This document shows positions 1-13,959 of a stretch of 64,000 nucleotides of DNA, in pieces; the first letter of the stretch is position 1; every line of letters starts with the position of its first letter. The translations under genes were made by a program, and so were the position numbers. This DNA is from Octopus sinensis. Lineage: Eukaryota. The DNA lies in the NCBI RefSeq assembly GCF_006345805.1, contig NC_043003.1, positions 76,632,001-76,696,000 on the forward strand. The letters are read 5' to 3'. The notes under the pieces were generated by a model. The model was given only the letters and a program-made list of their open reading frames with translations. It ran no database searches and was not told the DNA's origin.

Positions 1-1190
1 TGATGCTTGAAATGGAACGGCTCCAAAGTGTATGAATCAAGGATCAGACTTGATGTGTTTTTCTGAAAAGCATGATGGTAATTATTACAAAGCTAAATGC
101 TTGTATGACGATATACTGATGAAGGGGAAACTTCTGTTGAAAAACATTTTCTGGCTTTTCAAATTATACAGCATAAAAGCGATGATTTAAGCTGCCAGTG
201 CTGATACAGAAAGTACTTCAGATTATTATGAGCCGATGAAGAAAATGATTGCTGAAGGGGCTTCTCACAAGGTAAAATTCACAATGTGAACGAAACTGCG
301 CTTTTCTGTAGCATATACCCGCTATTATATTTTTTCACGAGGAGAATCAACACCAGGATTTAAAGTGTCCTAAACTTTGTACGACACTTCTCCTGGGAGG
401 AAATGTATCTGCTTATGTGAAAAGAAAACCTCTACTCGTTTTTCATAAAGAATAAAGCGTTTTCAAGAGTGATGCAAAATTTAATCTACCTCTGATTTGG
501 CATTTGAAAGGACACATGAATGACTAAGAGTGTTTTCGAAGAGTGGCTTACAAGCATGTTTTGGACTGCTGTAGGAAATGACAGCCCCCTCCCCCAAAAT
601 TATTTCCAACAAAGCATTGTCCATTTTAGAGAATTCTCTAACCACTAAGTGAACTTACATATGATGGGAGACAAGGATATAACCCCAAAAGCAGAATTAA
701 TTTTCTTTAATGGATGAATGTGCGATAGCTATCTGCAAGAACTTTCAAAGAACTCATGAAAGTCAATGACTGGAAAGATAAAGCTACTGCTATAGACTAG
801 GAAGAAGTTAAACATAAGGAATGCTGTGATAGCATAGCTAAGACATAGGATGAAATATTACAATGTTTGTACAGGCAGAAAATCTACAGTTGCAAATGAG
901 ATAAGGTAGCAAGAATCTAAAGAGGATCATGTGGTTGAGTGACTAGTATTGCAGACACAAAGCTCATCTAACGAAAAGTTGATGCTTTTAGAAGAGCAAC
1001 TTAAGAAGAAAAATAGGAAGACGGAAATTCCACCAACTCCACTTAAACTGACTACAATGAATATTGCTTGAAGGTTCATCCTTAGGGTGATGGCCTTCAA
1101 AATGTTGCTAATAACAATGCTAACTGTGAACAACACTGTGCAACAGAAAGAGACGGTGAGATACAAGCAAATAACTTTGAATAACTTCTC
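1..1190 (+). mobile_element. Degraded Tigger/pogo (TIGD1-like) DDE transposase remnant
   Basis: Frameshifted translation gives Tigger motifs in the expected order: AASAD (~191), NVNETALF (~283, cf. N.DETGLFW), PGFK, LLLGGN, KPLLVFH, LPLIW, MTKSVFEEWL, KALSILEN and LMDE (cf. PMDQ). Confidence 0.8.
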
Positions 1191-1389
1191 CCCTCCTAAA
1201 GCAGATGCTCATGAACTAAGATAGATAAGTGACCCTCATCCTTACATTAACTCACATCTCTCTTACCCTTTTCTAATTTAGTTGCAGATGAATCCGTTAT
1301 GATTAAAATCCTCATACGTATTACCGCTCAAAATTTTGTTTCCTAATGAATACATAAATATTGATTTCAAACTTTGGAACAAGCCATCA

Positions 1390-1575
1390 ATTTCGAGGGA
1401 AAGGGCAAATCGATTACATTTACACCAGTACTCAAATGGTACTTATTTTATCGACCCCGAAAAGATGAAAGACAAAGTCGACCTCGGCTAAATTCAAACT
1501 CAGAACACGAAGACTGACGAAATGCCGCTAAGCATTTCCTCCGGGATGATAACAATTCTGCCATCTCACCACCTT
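1390..1575 (-). mobile_element. tRNA-derived SINE family A, diverged
   Basis: Reverse complement of the family A body (gtcgactttgcctttcatcctttcggggtcgataaa...gtacca) also seen at 14850, 34700, 48891 and 53876. Confidence 0.85.
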
Positions 1576-2346
1576 AATGATTACATATATATTCATGCAA
1601 ATCTTATCATATACAACATTTCCAACTGGATACTTCCTCTATAATCTATATATATATATCTATAAATAGGTTTTCAATAGTTTGCCCTTAGTGTTATTAT
1701 CAGTTATTAACGCTATCCCCTAAGTTTTTTCACCAATAATATAAATAATGTACCTATAAATTTGCCAAACTGGGTAATGTAAATGAATACTCTGCACATT
1801 TCTCTACAGTCGCCACTTCACCATCATGCTTTTCCTCTTCCCTTGCACCCCCCCCCCCGTCCTACCACATCAATTATTCTCTACTCGCTCTCTCAACCCG
1901 TCTCAAACTATTCCAATTGAAACGAATTACGACGCACATCAGGCTTGTATCCTATTGAACATACAACAGACTCCAATAAATGTCCTGGGATTTATCTTAT
2001 CGAAAACGAATCTACTTAGAATCGAATCCACAGATTTTGTTTTATCATTGTTGTCTACGTCGTTGCTGCTGTTGCTATTGTTGTTGATGATGCGGTTGTG
2101 GTGGTGAAGTCTTGCTTCGTCTATATTTTATATAGTTTTGTGAGTCCTACTCCTACCATTCTTTCATTCTCAGGCTCTTTCTCTCTTTCTTTCCTTGTCT
2201 ATCACCGTGCTACAACTTCTGCTGAAATGAATTTTTATGGCATTATTTATTGATGAAGAACATTATTGATATATATTTCTATAGGTGTGCGTGGTTCTAG
2301 CCGTTGAAGACGTGGGCGTTTGTGGATGTGAGTGTGTGTTTATGTG

Positions 2347-2443
<97 letters not shown>

Positions 2444-2454
2444 CACACATACTT

Positions 2455-2600
2455 TGACGTGGCTGTATGATTAAGACGTTTGCTATCCATGCGGTCTTGA
2501 ATTCAGTCTAATATAATGTAACTAATATAGTTACAGATCGAGTGAAGCTTTGTCGTGATTTTAATAAACAGACTCTAAAAGAACCCCACTGTACGTGTTT
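2455..2600 (+). mobile_element. SINE family B, highly degraded
   Basis: gtggctgtatgattaag...ttgaattcagtc...aaaagaacccc resembles the family B head and body. Confidence 0.55.
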
Positions 2601-3169
2601 GTGTGGGACCTTGTACGTATGTATGTGTAGGTGTCCTACAACAGACCGTTAACGCAGCAGCTTACTCTAGCAAGTTCCTGACTCCAAACATCTTCGCTCT
2701 CTTCTTTGACATTGAACCAGTCACGAATAAGTCATGTTGTGCAGTGAAAGATTGCGCACCCTTCTCATCATTGGATAAAATTCTTTGTGCAAACTTCTTT
2801 CTTCATTTTCCTCTTCCACTTATTTTCTTGTGTTGCTACTCCATCAGTGAATCGCAGAGGGCAACGGGGGCAAGGATGGATGATTTTGGAAGCCACAAGC
2901 TTGAAGCTTTCCCGATGTCGGCAGAAGTATGATAATCACTGAAGTCTGCATCTGGGTAAAGTACGCGCCTTAATTGATGCCCATATATCTGTTTAGGGAA
3001 GGCACTACATACTTCAATCCTAGGAACGGCCTAGTAAAGGTGACCCACATACTGCTTTCCCTCTTCTCCTTGCTCAGAAAACCGCACCTGAGGGTTAATC
3101 CCTCTAGGAGAGTCGAAACTTCGAGAAACTGTTAAGTACTTCCTGGAATAGCACAACCTAACTTAACCT

Positions 3170-3780
3170 TCTTAAGATTTACACCATCAAAGGATTGCTC
3201 TGGTTGCATACCAGCTTAATCACAACAACGTCAACATAGCGACCCTTTACGAGACGGGCTTCTCAGAGGAAAGCTCTCTCGCCGAAAGGGAGACGGATAC
3301 ACATTCTGCTGGATGGGTTCTCCCGATGGCGACGATAGAACTCATATGACCTTTACCTTGAAAACTACAATTGCAAGTACGCTGGCAGAACTTCCTCTCA
3401 GCCTCTATCACTTGCAACTCGCTCATGACTTGCAACTCGCTCTCTACAAAGACCAATACGTCTCCGCCATCAGTGCCTATGAGCTTACCTTAGACTCTCC
3501 TGAAGAAGCCAGAGATAGGTTCCACATGTCCCTAGATAATGTCATCCAAAGGATACCCAAGTCTGATAAGATCATTCTGCTAAAAGATTTCAATGTCAGG
3601 GTTGTTAAAAGTCATCTCTTCTGGCCCGGGGTTATTGGTTGTCATGGTATTGAGAAAAAAAGAACAGCAATAGCTTTCGTCTTCTAACTCCCTGTTCTCA
3701 ACATGAACTGGTCATTATCAACACAGTTTCCTAGCTACCGGACTATTCACAACGTCTGGTGAATGCGTCCTCGATCCGTA
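3170..3780 (+). mobile_element. RTE-clade LINE, APE endonuclease remnant
   Basis: Translates to NVNIATLYET..GYTFCWMG..ISAYELTL..DRFH..KSDKIILLKDFNVRV..WPGVIGCHGI..HELVIINT..MRPRS, matching the RTE/BovB-type endonuclease. Includes ORF 3313-3687. Confidence 0.85.
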
Positions 3781-4244
3781 TCAATCATTTATAATATATG
3801 TGTGTGTGCGCGCGCATGCGTAGCTGTGTGTGTGCGCTCGCATGCGTCGCTGTGTGCGCACATGCGTGTGTGTGTCTATCACAATACGAAAATAAGAAAT
3901 AATTCTGAAGTGAACATACGTGAGATGATTGGATGAGGAATATCTCCGGTTTTGTTTATGATGCAACTAAGTAGCTTTATTAACAATGGACGGACACTTA
4001 CAATACTATCCATTCCAGCTGTTACATGTATGATTAATACAAGAAATACCATACGACAGCAGATTTATAATATATAACAGTAACAAATAAGTAATTAACG
4101 AAGTCATTTTATTTCTATTTTTTTATTATCTCTCTTCTGTGTGCTCTCACGTTTTACGCCATTTTCATTCCAGCATTGACCTTTCAAATTCATTCTACAA
4201 CATTTTTTCATACCTGCTAATTATAGTAACACACACACACACGC

Positions 4245-4317
<73 letters not shown>

Positions 4318-4595
4318 GCTATACACACATATATATATATATATATACTATATATATATATATATTATATATATATATATATATATATTAGACGTCAGTG
4401 TTATAAGATGTTAAAAGATATTTATAATATGATTTTTGCATTCTTTGTTACCTACTCCCCGAATATACACCAGCCATCCTGTCTCATTAAAATATTTGTG
4501 AATTACTAAAAACACACGTATGTTACGAACACCATCCTGCCGCAATTTTAGTGAAATGTACATATTCATAACCGTATATATACATCTTTTTTTGG

Positions 4596-5215
4596 CCATA
4601 TGTGAGTTACAAATACTGTTGTGTGGAGACATATTTTTGTAATAAAAGGAAATAGTAGTCATTTGACTGCTATTTCTAAAATTCTTGGTATGTGGTTATG
4701 TGTTTACCGAATATGGTCCTTTTACATACCGAGATACTACTAGGTGAAAGTTGTTGATTTTATTAAATTAATTATATTTCACCCTATATCTGTAATGATT
4801 ATTTTACTCCCCTACGACAAAACTACGAATATTTTTTCGGCAGTACTATTTTGTGACTCACGTTGTAAAAATTCTGGAGGGAAATACGAATTCACTTGTC
4901 TATATAAATGTGGATATGCTGATTAGCTTTTATATGTTTCGATGTCGCTTGATCGAAAATATAGGAGGTAAGTTTTCCTAGCATTTCTAGATTTATCGGA
5001 ATATTATGTTGATGAAGGAAATGAGTTTTATGATTCTAATCCAGAAACGTACGTCCATAATTAACCAAAGATTGTTTGATTTCATTATTTTTCTTTTTTG
5101 CCATATGTGACTTACAAATATTGTTGTCTGTGGAGACATATTTTTGTAGTAAAAGGAAATAGTAGTCCTTTGGCTGCTATTTTTAAAATTTTCGGTATGT
5201 GGTTAAGCAACCCTT
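4596..5215. repeat. ~105-bp direct repeat (4596-4700 and 5101-5210) related to the MITE arm at 60820-60895
   Basis: ccatatgtga.ttacaaata.tgttgt...ggagacatatttttgta.taaaaggaaatagtagtc.tttg.ctgctattt.taaaatt.t.ggtatgtggtta occurs twice. Confidence 0.8.
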
Positions 5216-5310
5216 ATTGTTATAATTATACTTGTATATATATATATATATGTGTGTGTGTGAGTGTGTATGTGTGTGTCTGTGTGTGTGTGTGGGGGGT
5301 GTCTGTGTGT

Positions 5311-5618
5311 GGAGGCGCAATGGCCCAGTGATTAGGGTAGCGGACTCGCTGTCGTGGCATCGTGGTTTCGACTCCCAGACCGGGCGTTGTGAGTGTTTAT
5401 GGAGCAAAAATACCTAAAAGGCTCCATGAGGCTCCGGCAGGGGGTGTTGGTGATCCCTGCTGTACACTTTCGCCACAACTCTCTCTCACTCTTGCTTCTG
5501 TTGGCCTGCTGGCTTGGCCAGCGGGGAGGCGTCATTTAAAGGCTAAAATAATGCGGAGCGCATTGTGACCAGCGATGTGTAGCAACATCTGATAGCTTGG
5601 TCGGTCACGATGATCACG

Positions 5619-5622
<4 letters not shown>
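5311..5622 (+). mobile_element. tRNA-derived SINE family C (RTE-like 3' tail), full length
   Basis: A box tggcccagtga, B box ggtttcgactccc, tail tggtcggtcacgatgatcacggtgat. (TG)n lies 5' and (TA)n lies 3'. Other copies at 19121 and 60928. Confidence 0.9.
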
Positions 5623-5677
<55 letters not shown>

Positions 5678-5717
5678 CGCTTATCAATGTGTTGCAAGAT
5701 TCATGATATGAAGAAAC

Positions 5718-6168
5718 TCTGTTTCGGGATGGTCATATTTTTTTTTTGCCGAATAAACTCACACAAAATATATGTTCTCCACTCGTTTATATTTGTTCTA
5801 ATTTTATTCGTTTAATTCATGTTCATTGTCCGGAATTCATGTTCATTGTCATCACTCAACAGTGACATCTCCCTCGGCTCTTTTCGTTTTCGTATGTGTC
5901 GTTGTTTGTGTGTGTGTGTATGTGTGTGTGTGTGTGTGTGCGTTTGTGTGTATGTGTGTCCGTATACTTGTGTGTGTTTCACAGTTTCTAGCAGCAGTGT
6001 GGCCTTCCCCTCAGAAGCCCCATCCTCCCACCCCATTGTGCCGCTGATAACACCGGGGGCAAGGTACATACACACAAGCAAACAGAAACAGTAATAAACG
6101 AGTGAAGAAAAAATACATAGTGCGAATGATTATTTGGTAGGAAAAAAATTACCATCCTGAAATACAAC
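5718..6168. repeat. Old foldback/MITE-like element with ~80-bp diverged inverted termini
   Basis: gtttcgggatggtcatatttt...ccactcgtttat (5721-5790) versus ataaacgagtga...aaaattaccatcctgaaatac (6094-6165). Confidence 0.55.
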
Positions 6169-6169
6169 A

Positions 6170-6268
<99 letters not shown>

Positions 6269-6305
6269 CACAGAAACACACACACATATATATATATATA
6301 CAGAA

Positions 6306-6350
<45 letters not shown>

Positions 6351-6352
6351 AT

Positions 6353-6394
<42 letters not shown>

Positions 6395-6806
6395 TGAGTG
6401 TATTTTTACCTTGTTAACAATTAACACGGAAAAATAAATAAATAGTTACCAGGGCAGCAAAAATCTCACAAGTAAAGATGTTGTAACTCCTTGTTTATAA
6501 AGTTAGAAACTTCGTGTTTACGTTGAATATTTGAATATGAATAAAAAATGGAGTTAATGCAGGTGTAAACAAATATTTTTACTTTCGACACATGTTTCGA
6601 AAATTCCACTGATACTATTCAAAAGAATAAATGGTATAAACAATGCAATCTTCTCTTCGGGAAAGTGAAAAAAATGAAACTCGTCAATACGACATTTTAG
6701 CAAAAAATGATGGATTTGTATAGCGATAGACAGAACGCTATTAATATTGTTTAAAAAAACCTTATATGATATAATGTCATAAGTAGCTAACAGAAAGAGT
6801 AGGGAT
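6395..6806 (-). mobile_element. PLE pseudo-LTR copy
   Basis: Near-identical reverse complement of 24445-24870, which follows a GIY-YIG remnant. Confidence 0.85.
6581..6666 (-). ncRNA. Minimal type I hammerhead ribozyme (CCGAAGA variant)
   Basis: Minus strand reads ACUUUC-CCGAAGA-GAAGAUU..GAAUUUUC-GAAA-CAUGUGUC-GAAAGU: 6-bp stem I, palindromic ACAUGU in stem III, GUC triplet. Confidence 0.75.
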
Positions 6807-7086
6807 ATTAATAGTGAATTACCTAGTGCATTACCTCAGTATGTATGGTCCTTGATATAAGGTGTACGGTAGTATATTTTAAATTTCGAGTATATGCGAT
6901 GTTTATTTTGGATCTTGTCGACTACACAATATAGTAGAGTCATCTGGGGACAGTCTCTGAAAATAAACACCACTATGACGAAATTCACTCTGCCATATAT
7001 TTGGAAATGGCATGCTTTACTGCCTGGCATTCGCGCGGAAAGATCTAATACGAATATTTCAGTATTTGGTATCAATCTGAAGCATA

Positions 7087-7245
7087 GGAGCGGCTGTGTG
7101 GTAGGTAGCTTCCTTACGAATTACATGGTTCCGGGTTCAGTCCCACTGAGCGGCACCTTGAGCAAATGTCTTCTACTATAGACTCGGGCCGACCAAAGCA
7201 TTGTGAGCGGATTTGGTAGACGGAAACTGAAAAGAAGCCTGTTGT
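7087..7245 (+). mobile_element. tRNA-derived SINE family B (CORE-like ccttgagcaa.tg motif)
   Basis: ggagcggctgtgtggtag...ggttcagtcccactg...ccttgagcaaatgtcttctactatag...gacggaaactgaaagaagcc. Confidence 0.9.
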
Positions 7246-7329
7246 ATAAATGTATATATATATATGTGTGTGTGTATGTGCGTGTGTGTGTGTGTGTGTT
7301 TGTGCGTCTGTGTTTGTTTGGGGTTTTTT

Positions 7330-8270
7330 TGCTAAAATTCCGGCGACGAGTAACTCTGGATTTCACTCCCGTATACTCATGTATTTAGAGGGATTAGATG
7401 TGCGATACTATCCTCGTATTTCCCATCGTAGGTAGGCAGATTTGCCATCTTACTACAATGTGTATTATGTCCGTCTGTCCGCCTGTCCGCCTCTTTGTCC
7501 CCTCTTCATTGCCAGACGGCTTGACCAATGGTTAAGATATGTTTCGGGGTTACAAAGACAGAAAGTATGATTATTTCATGGATATCGATTTCTGAATTAA
7601 TTAACCACCTTCGCATTTTTATTAAAAATTCACCGACCACGAGAAACTCTGGATTTTTCCGTATAGTTCATGGCCACATCGTAAGTATGAATGGGGTTGC
7701 GAGAACGGTTAACGCGAAATTAAAATGGAAGGAGTGTGTGTCAGTATATAGTGTGTGTGATTATTAAATGGTTATTGAAGTGTGTCAATCTCGAGCAGGA
7801 TTCGAGACGGCTAATCGAAGAGGCTGTTGTTTACATCTCAGTTTTGTCAATCGAAATAACCCATCGTGCCAGAACATCCAGACATTATTGGCATAGAACA
7901 GCGAGAGTTAAGTCTTAGTCTCATTTTTTGCAACCCTAAAGAATCCGTCCGCACATTCACAGCAAACAAGGCACAGGGTCAGGCTTTAAATCGTGTAGGT
8001 GTATTTTTACCCACACCGATGTTTACACTCGGCCAATCATACTTTGCTATGAGTAGAACAACGGGCTCCAATAATTACTGCTGACCAAACAGAAAATATC
8101 GTCTAGAGAGAGGTTTTGTAATCATATTGATATTAATGAAAGGAATATGATTCGTAATTTAAATGAGAACATTTGTCAACTTTGAGTGTATAAGAGTATA
8201 AACAAGTGCAAAGTAATGTAAACAACTAAAATAAAAGTATATCTAAATAACATTTTTTTTTTGTTAATAC
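7330..8270 (+). mobile_element. Internally deleted Helitron with Pif1 helicase C-terminal remnant
   Basis: 7950-8121 translates TANKAQGQALNRVGVFLPTPMFTLGQSYFAMSR..TENIV*REVL* (cf. TINKAQGQ..VFSHGQLYVA.SR..NIVY.EVL). An ~42-bp direct repeat lies at 7333 and 7623. Confidence 0.8.
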
Positions 8271-9189
8271 TTTTTATGTAGTGTTCGAAGGAAGCTCTGG
8301 CATTCGTTAGGAGTGGTCCACATAACTATTCATGATATAGAGGCTGAGAGCCTATTTCAGTTTGGGAGTGAATCGTCATCACATTTCACTTCGTCGCAAG
8401 TACGTATCATATAGATGCCATATAATGCTGTATCACCAACAATAATGTGATTTCTCTAAGACATCACCCAGTAATCTATCAGGTCTTTTTACACATTTCT
8501 AAAAAAATACTGCTGCTATGACTTCCCATCCTTAATTTATACCTCCATCGTAGATGAGTGGATTTGCTAGTATTGATTAACTTTTTAAAAATAATGAGTA
8601 TATATATAGGTATTAATTTTTCCTGCAGTCGTGCATTAGCATATATATACACGTATGCACATTCACACACCTACACACATGCGTGCGTGTTGTCGTTCCA
8701 TCTGCACAAAATAGCAGTCATATCTCCCTCATCTCTTAATAAACAGTACCTAGGAAAAAAATGAGATTGCCACGGCTAAAGTGCCTTTCATCATAGTTCG
8801 GCTCAAACTGAACTTAGCGGGGACTAAACAAAAATAAATCAGATTTACCGGCAAAGGAAGGCCGCTAAAGATAATGCACTCCGCTATGTATATTTATGGT
8901 TGGATGGTTATGGATTTTGACTATTTTCAGTTGGATTACAGCTGACGCGGAGCTACGCAATAAAATTAGCTGACTGGCATTAATGTTGTCTTTTTCCCTG
9001 CACAAGGTTTTTTTTTTTTTTTAAGATAATGATAAATGTTGATTTATTAACCCTTAAATGATAAGTGTTTTTCTTGCTTGAATCAAGCCTGGGCCAATCA
9101 CTGATAAAAGGGTACTACTTTGACGTACATTCTACCGCAGGATCCGTAATCTGCGCTATGACATTATCTGAACAGCGTTAGGAACTAGT

Positions 9190-9315
9190 TTAGAGTTTAG
9201 GGTTATGTTAAGGTTTTGAGTAAGGATTGGGGTTTAGGATTTCGGATTAAGGTTAGATTTTAGGGATAGGGTTAGGTTTCCTTCTTAGGGTTAGGTTTTC
9301 TTCTTTGGGTTAGGA
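9190..9315 (+). repeat. Degenerate (TTAGGG)n-like tract
   Basis: tttagggttatgttaagg...ttttagggatagggttagg...ttagggttagg...gggttagg. Confidence 0.7.
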
Positions 9316-10377
9316 TACTGCACACGAAAACGCACACTAAAATGTAAATGGCTAGGTAGATCGTACGCAAAGTGGCGCCTATAAAAGTACATTTATTATT
9401 TGTTGAGTTTGGAACATATTTTAAACAGATTATCTCATAATAACGAGAGTACTTAGAACAAATTGTTTCTACCCTCGATTGCTCGAAAGTGAAAACTAAA
9501 GTTATTTCGACGCCATGATACACTATCATTGCGGTAATGATTGTTCATAAAAAAAAACATTCGTGAGAAGAAATAGAGAGAAACCACGATGTGGATGGTT
9601 GAGAAAGATCAAGGAATGTCGAAAGTAAAAAGCAGTGAAATGCATTAGGTTGTTGGTTAACTGGCGTAAATGGAGAATGAATGTTCTGTGGCTTGTGTAC
9701 GTAAAATCTGCAAAGGCAACAGTTATTGATAGTTTGATAAGTAGTAACAACATTGAAGTTGTTTCTCATAAAACTAGTTCCGTCTTTACTTTCGAAGTCT
9801 CAGTAGACTTCGCTCCAAAAGGTTAATTATATTTATATTAGTGAAACATGCTTGCATAATGATAGATTAAATATAGTCTTGTATGAACCTGCATTTTGTT
9901 TATTGACCTATTTGTGTATGTTATTTTCTAATGTGCTAGAAGGGGTGATGGTATGTTCTCTTAAACTTCGTGCTTCTTTTTTATGTAAATTTCTATATGA
10001 AAAAAAAAAGAATAATTGGTTTCATGTATAGAAAGAATGACAATAAGATTTTTGCTTGACATACCGTCAGTTCAAGGAAATAAGATCACAAATCTTTCAT
10101 GGATGCAGAGTAGGAGGAAAAGAGTCTGGGAATTTATTTTAGTTTTTATTTCGCATTTAATTTTATTCTCCATTATTTTTCTTCTGGTGATGTTATTGGA
10201 ATACTTCACAGTAGCATGCTGCATCTTTCATCTTTTATAATCCAACCGGGAGCCAGTTTTTGTTGTTTTTGTTGTTGTTCTCCTCCCCCTCCAGTTTTTT
10301 CTTCTTCTTCGTTTTCTTCTTCTTCATCTTCTTGTCTCCACATCTATTCAATATACTTTTACTCCCCATCGTCTATA

Positions 10378-10422
<45 letters not shown>

Positions 10423-10423
10423 G

Positions 10424-10460
<37 letters not shown>

Positions 10461-10462
10461 CT

Positions 10463-10493
<31 letters not shown>

Positions 10494-10546
10494 CTCCACT
10501 ACTACTACTTCTACAAATAGTAGTAGTAGTAGTTGTTGTTGTAGTT

Positions 10547-10579
<33 letters not shown>

Positions 10580-10592
10580 ACAGTAGTAGTAG
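10378..10592. repeat. (ACT)n followed by its complement (AGT)n
   Basis: Read directly; the junction is at ~10515. Confidence 0.95.
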
Positions 10593-11960
10593 TGTTGTAA
10601 TGTTGTATCAGTAGTGTTGTAATGTTGTATTAGTAGTGTTATTAGTATTTCATTTAGTACTATCGTTATTGTGCTTTTATTTGTTGTTGGAGTCGTCGTC
10701 GTTATTGCAGTCATCGCCGTTGTTCTTCTTTGTTGCTTTCTTTGTTTTGTAGCTGCCTTTGTCGTTGTGTTGTTTTTTTTATGCTTTTGTGTGATTATTG
10801 TGTAAGATTATTAATTTTGCAAGAATCTCCATGAGAAACTATGTTGTATGTCGCTTTAACAAAACCTCGTTTCTTTTGTCTGACGTATTTGTTTGTTGTT
10901 TATTATATTTTAACTTTTAATAACTGTTCACAATGACTAGACTCAACAAGACGAACCAATATCCTCAAGTAACAAGAAAGTACGAACAATAAAACATTAT
11001 TAACAACTATACTGATAAAGAATATGAAAGAAAAGAGCAAGACAAATCCTTGTGGGGGTTTTATGTGAATGTGTATACGTTTGTATGAATGCATTCTTAT
11101 TGTACGTGTGGTGATTGATACGTGTATAGTTTTGATGTATTTAATATTATATGTTTAATAATTTCACCATCATGTAATTAAAATCAGCTGATGTACTACT
11201 TAATATTTTGTTTGCACAGACAGCCAGGTTTTATATAAAAGATAGCATAAAAGATTTTTCTTTCGTCTTTTTATTTAAATTTTATTTTATCACTTCAAGA
11301 TTAAAACCGTCTCGTTCGCTCTATACTGTCGTAAATATATGAAAACTACCGGTGGTTTATGATATACCATAACTGAAACATAACATACCGTAATAGAACA
11401 TTATATAACATAGTTTATGCCTGTCATGAGGATAATATAACAGACTACAAAGGGCAAGATGTCGCAAGCCAAGGTTTAAAACAAAACTTGTTATTTCTTT
11501 ATATTGCCTTGTTTGTCATAAAAATTTACCAGTGAAATCACCCGTTGACACACAGGTTTCCTAAACCATAGAAACCAACGAGCAAGTATATGTATATACA
11601 ATACGTATGTAACCATTATATGTGTGAATGCGTTTGTATATATATATATATATATATAAAGGCACATACACGCACATAATACATTCACACTTACACACAT
11701 ACACTCAAGATGGTACAAAAAGATTTGTTTTTTACGCGTAAAGATAGTAAATAGTGCGACATTTGTAATAGTAGTCACGTTAGCGGTGTTAAACCATAAC
11801 ATACTGTTTTATTGCGGGTAGTTTCAAAGTAGATATCATTGTATGTATGTGTAAACATGTATATGTGTGTGTGTGTGTGACTATAGACTATATAATGTAT
11901 ATATCTTTCTAAATGTATACGCACACACATGCACATACACAAACACATCCACACACGCAC

Positions 11961-12001
<41 letters not shown>

Positions 12002-12525
12002 TATGTGTGTATATATATATGCATATGTGTATGTATGTATGTATACACACACACCACACACATATATATATATATAATATATATATATTATATATATATA
12101 TATTCCAGGTGGTGACTAGTTCAAAAGATATTAGTCTGGAACTCAAAGGAGCTCAAAGAAATATTTGAGAGTGAATAAAGATTTAATCCATAATCATGAG
12201 TTCGACAAAATACATTCGGTTTCGCGTGTGGCTTTTGATTTATATAGAGGGTAGAGTTTAATCGCAAAAACATACACATGCAAAGATACATATATATATA
12301 TATACATAAAGAAACTGTATTGCGTATAAGTGCATTACTTATGTTTATATATCTAAATGGATACATTGGTATACGAAGATAAATGCACACGTACACAATA
12401 TTTCTACGTGTATAAATGTAAATGTATATAAATTATGTATATGTATATATACCTATCTACCTATTTATCTATATATCTATCGTTATATATATATATACAT
12501 ACACACACAGGCACACACACACACA

Positions 12526-12560
<35 letters not shown>

Positions 12561-12938
12561 GCGCGCAAGAACGTGTGTGTATATGTATGCGTGTGTATGT
12601 GTGTGCGCGTGTGTGTCTAAGTATATATGTTTGTATTCGTTTTAGTTTTTATTTGAAGTGGCTTTGGAGAGGAAACAACTTAATCAGAATTTTCCGCCAG
12701 GTCTGCGAGCATAATAAACTTTATTTTCGATGGGTATGTAACCGTTCTCATCTTTTTCTGTTTATACAACGTAAATACACATCTGTACACACACGTTTCC
12801 GTATATGGGTGCGTGTATGTGTATATGCGTGTGGGTGTCCGTGTATGCCGTGTGCGTGTTTTTGTAATGTGCATATATATATATATATATACACACACAT
12901 ATATATATATATATATACATATATATATTATATATATA

Positions 12939-12986
<48 letters not shown>

Positions 12987-13235
12987 TATATATACACACA
13001 CACACAAACATATGGTGGTCTCGTTGTCGTTGTTATCTTTATCTTTGGTTTTGTGCTTTATCATGTGCATTTTTTTTTTTTGTTTATTCTTTCTCATTGT
13101 TTTTCTTTCATTCCATTATTACGTTACTTCAAAGAAACTTTAATGACAGCAATACGGTCGGTTGTCGTACTGATATCGTTGTTATCTAACCTACCTAGAA
13201 ACAAGTTGTATCGATCTTTAGTTCCCTCTGTCTTC

Positions 13236-13271
<36 letters not shown>

Positions 13272-13599
13272 GCCTCTCTCATTCCTCCCAATTTCTTTCT
13301 CTGTATATACAATCGCGCACAGACACACCATAATGTGAGAAAAGAATGAAACAGTGAGATGGAGACACAGGGAGAGCGAGAGATCGCAAATGAAATTACA
13401 TGAACAAATGAACAAAAAAATGAGTTCTCAATACGATTGTAGAATAAAATATATAGTCTAGTATAGTAAATGTATGGAGATACAGTAACACATCGTTACA
13501 AAAATTTTCATGTCTGTCTTAATAAACCAGACTATCTGACAACGACCTGTGACCTTTGATGAAATTATCCTTGATCAAATATAATTTGTACAGGAATAC

Positions 13600-13649
<50 letters not shown>

Positions 13650-13959
13650 CGTATATATGTATATCTATCTATCCATCTATCTATATATATATATATATTA
13701 TATATATATATATATATACACACATACATATGTATGTCTTTTATCTTTTATTTCTTTGTTTCAATAAAGGGACCGCAACACCGCCTTGATTGTTTTAGTC
13801 AAGCACATCGACGCCAGTGCAGCATATACATGATGTATATGCGACAGAGTACAAGAATCTACAAGGTTCTAAAATAGATCAGGCCAGAATGACAAAGAAA
13901 TAACGATTCCCACCTGATAGAATGTACATGATTCAGATCCAGGCCTCCTACTCCATACT

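Noticed and set aside
116-135. ctgatgaaggggaaac, resembling the 26237 motif
   Set aside because: It lies inside the Tigger transposase remnant and has no partner strands.
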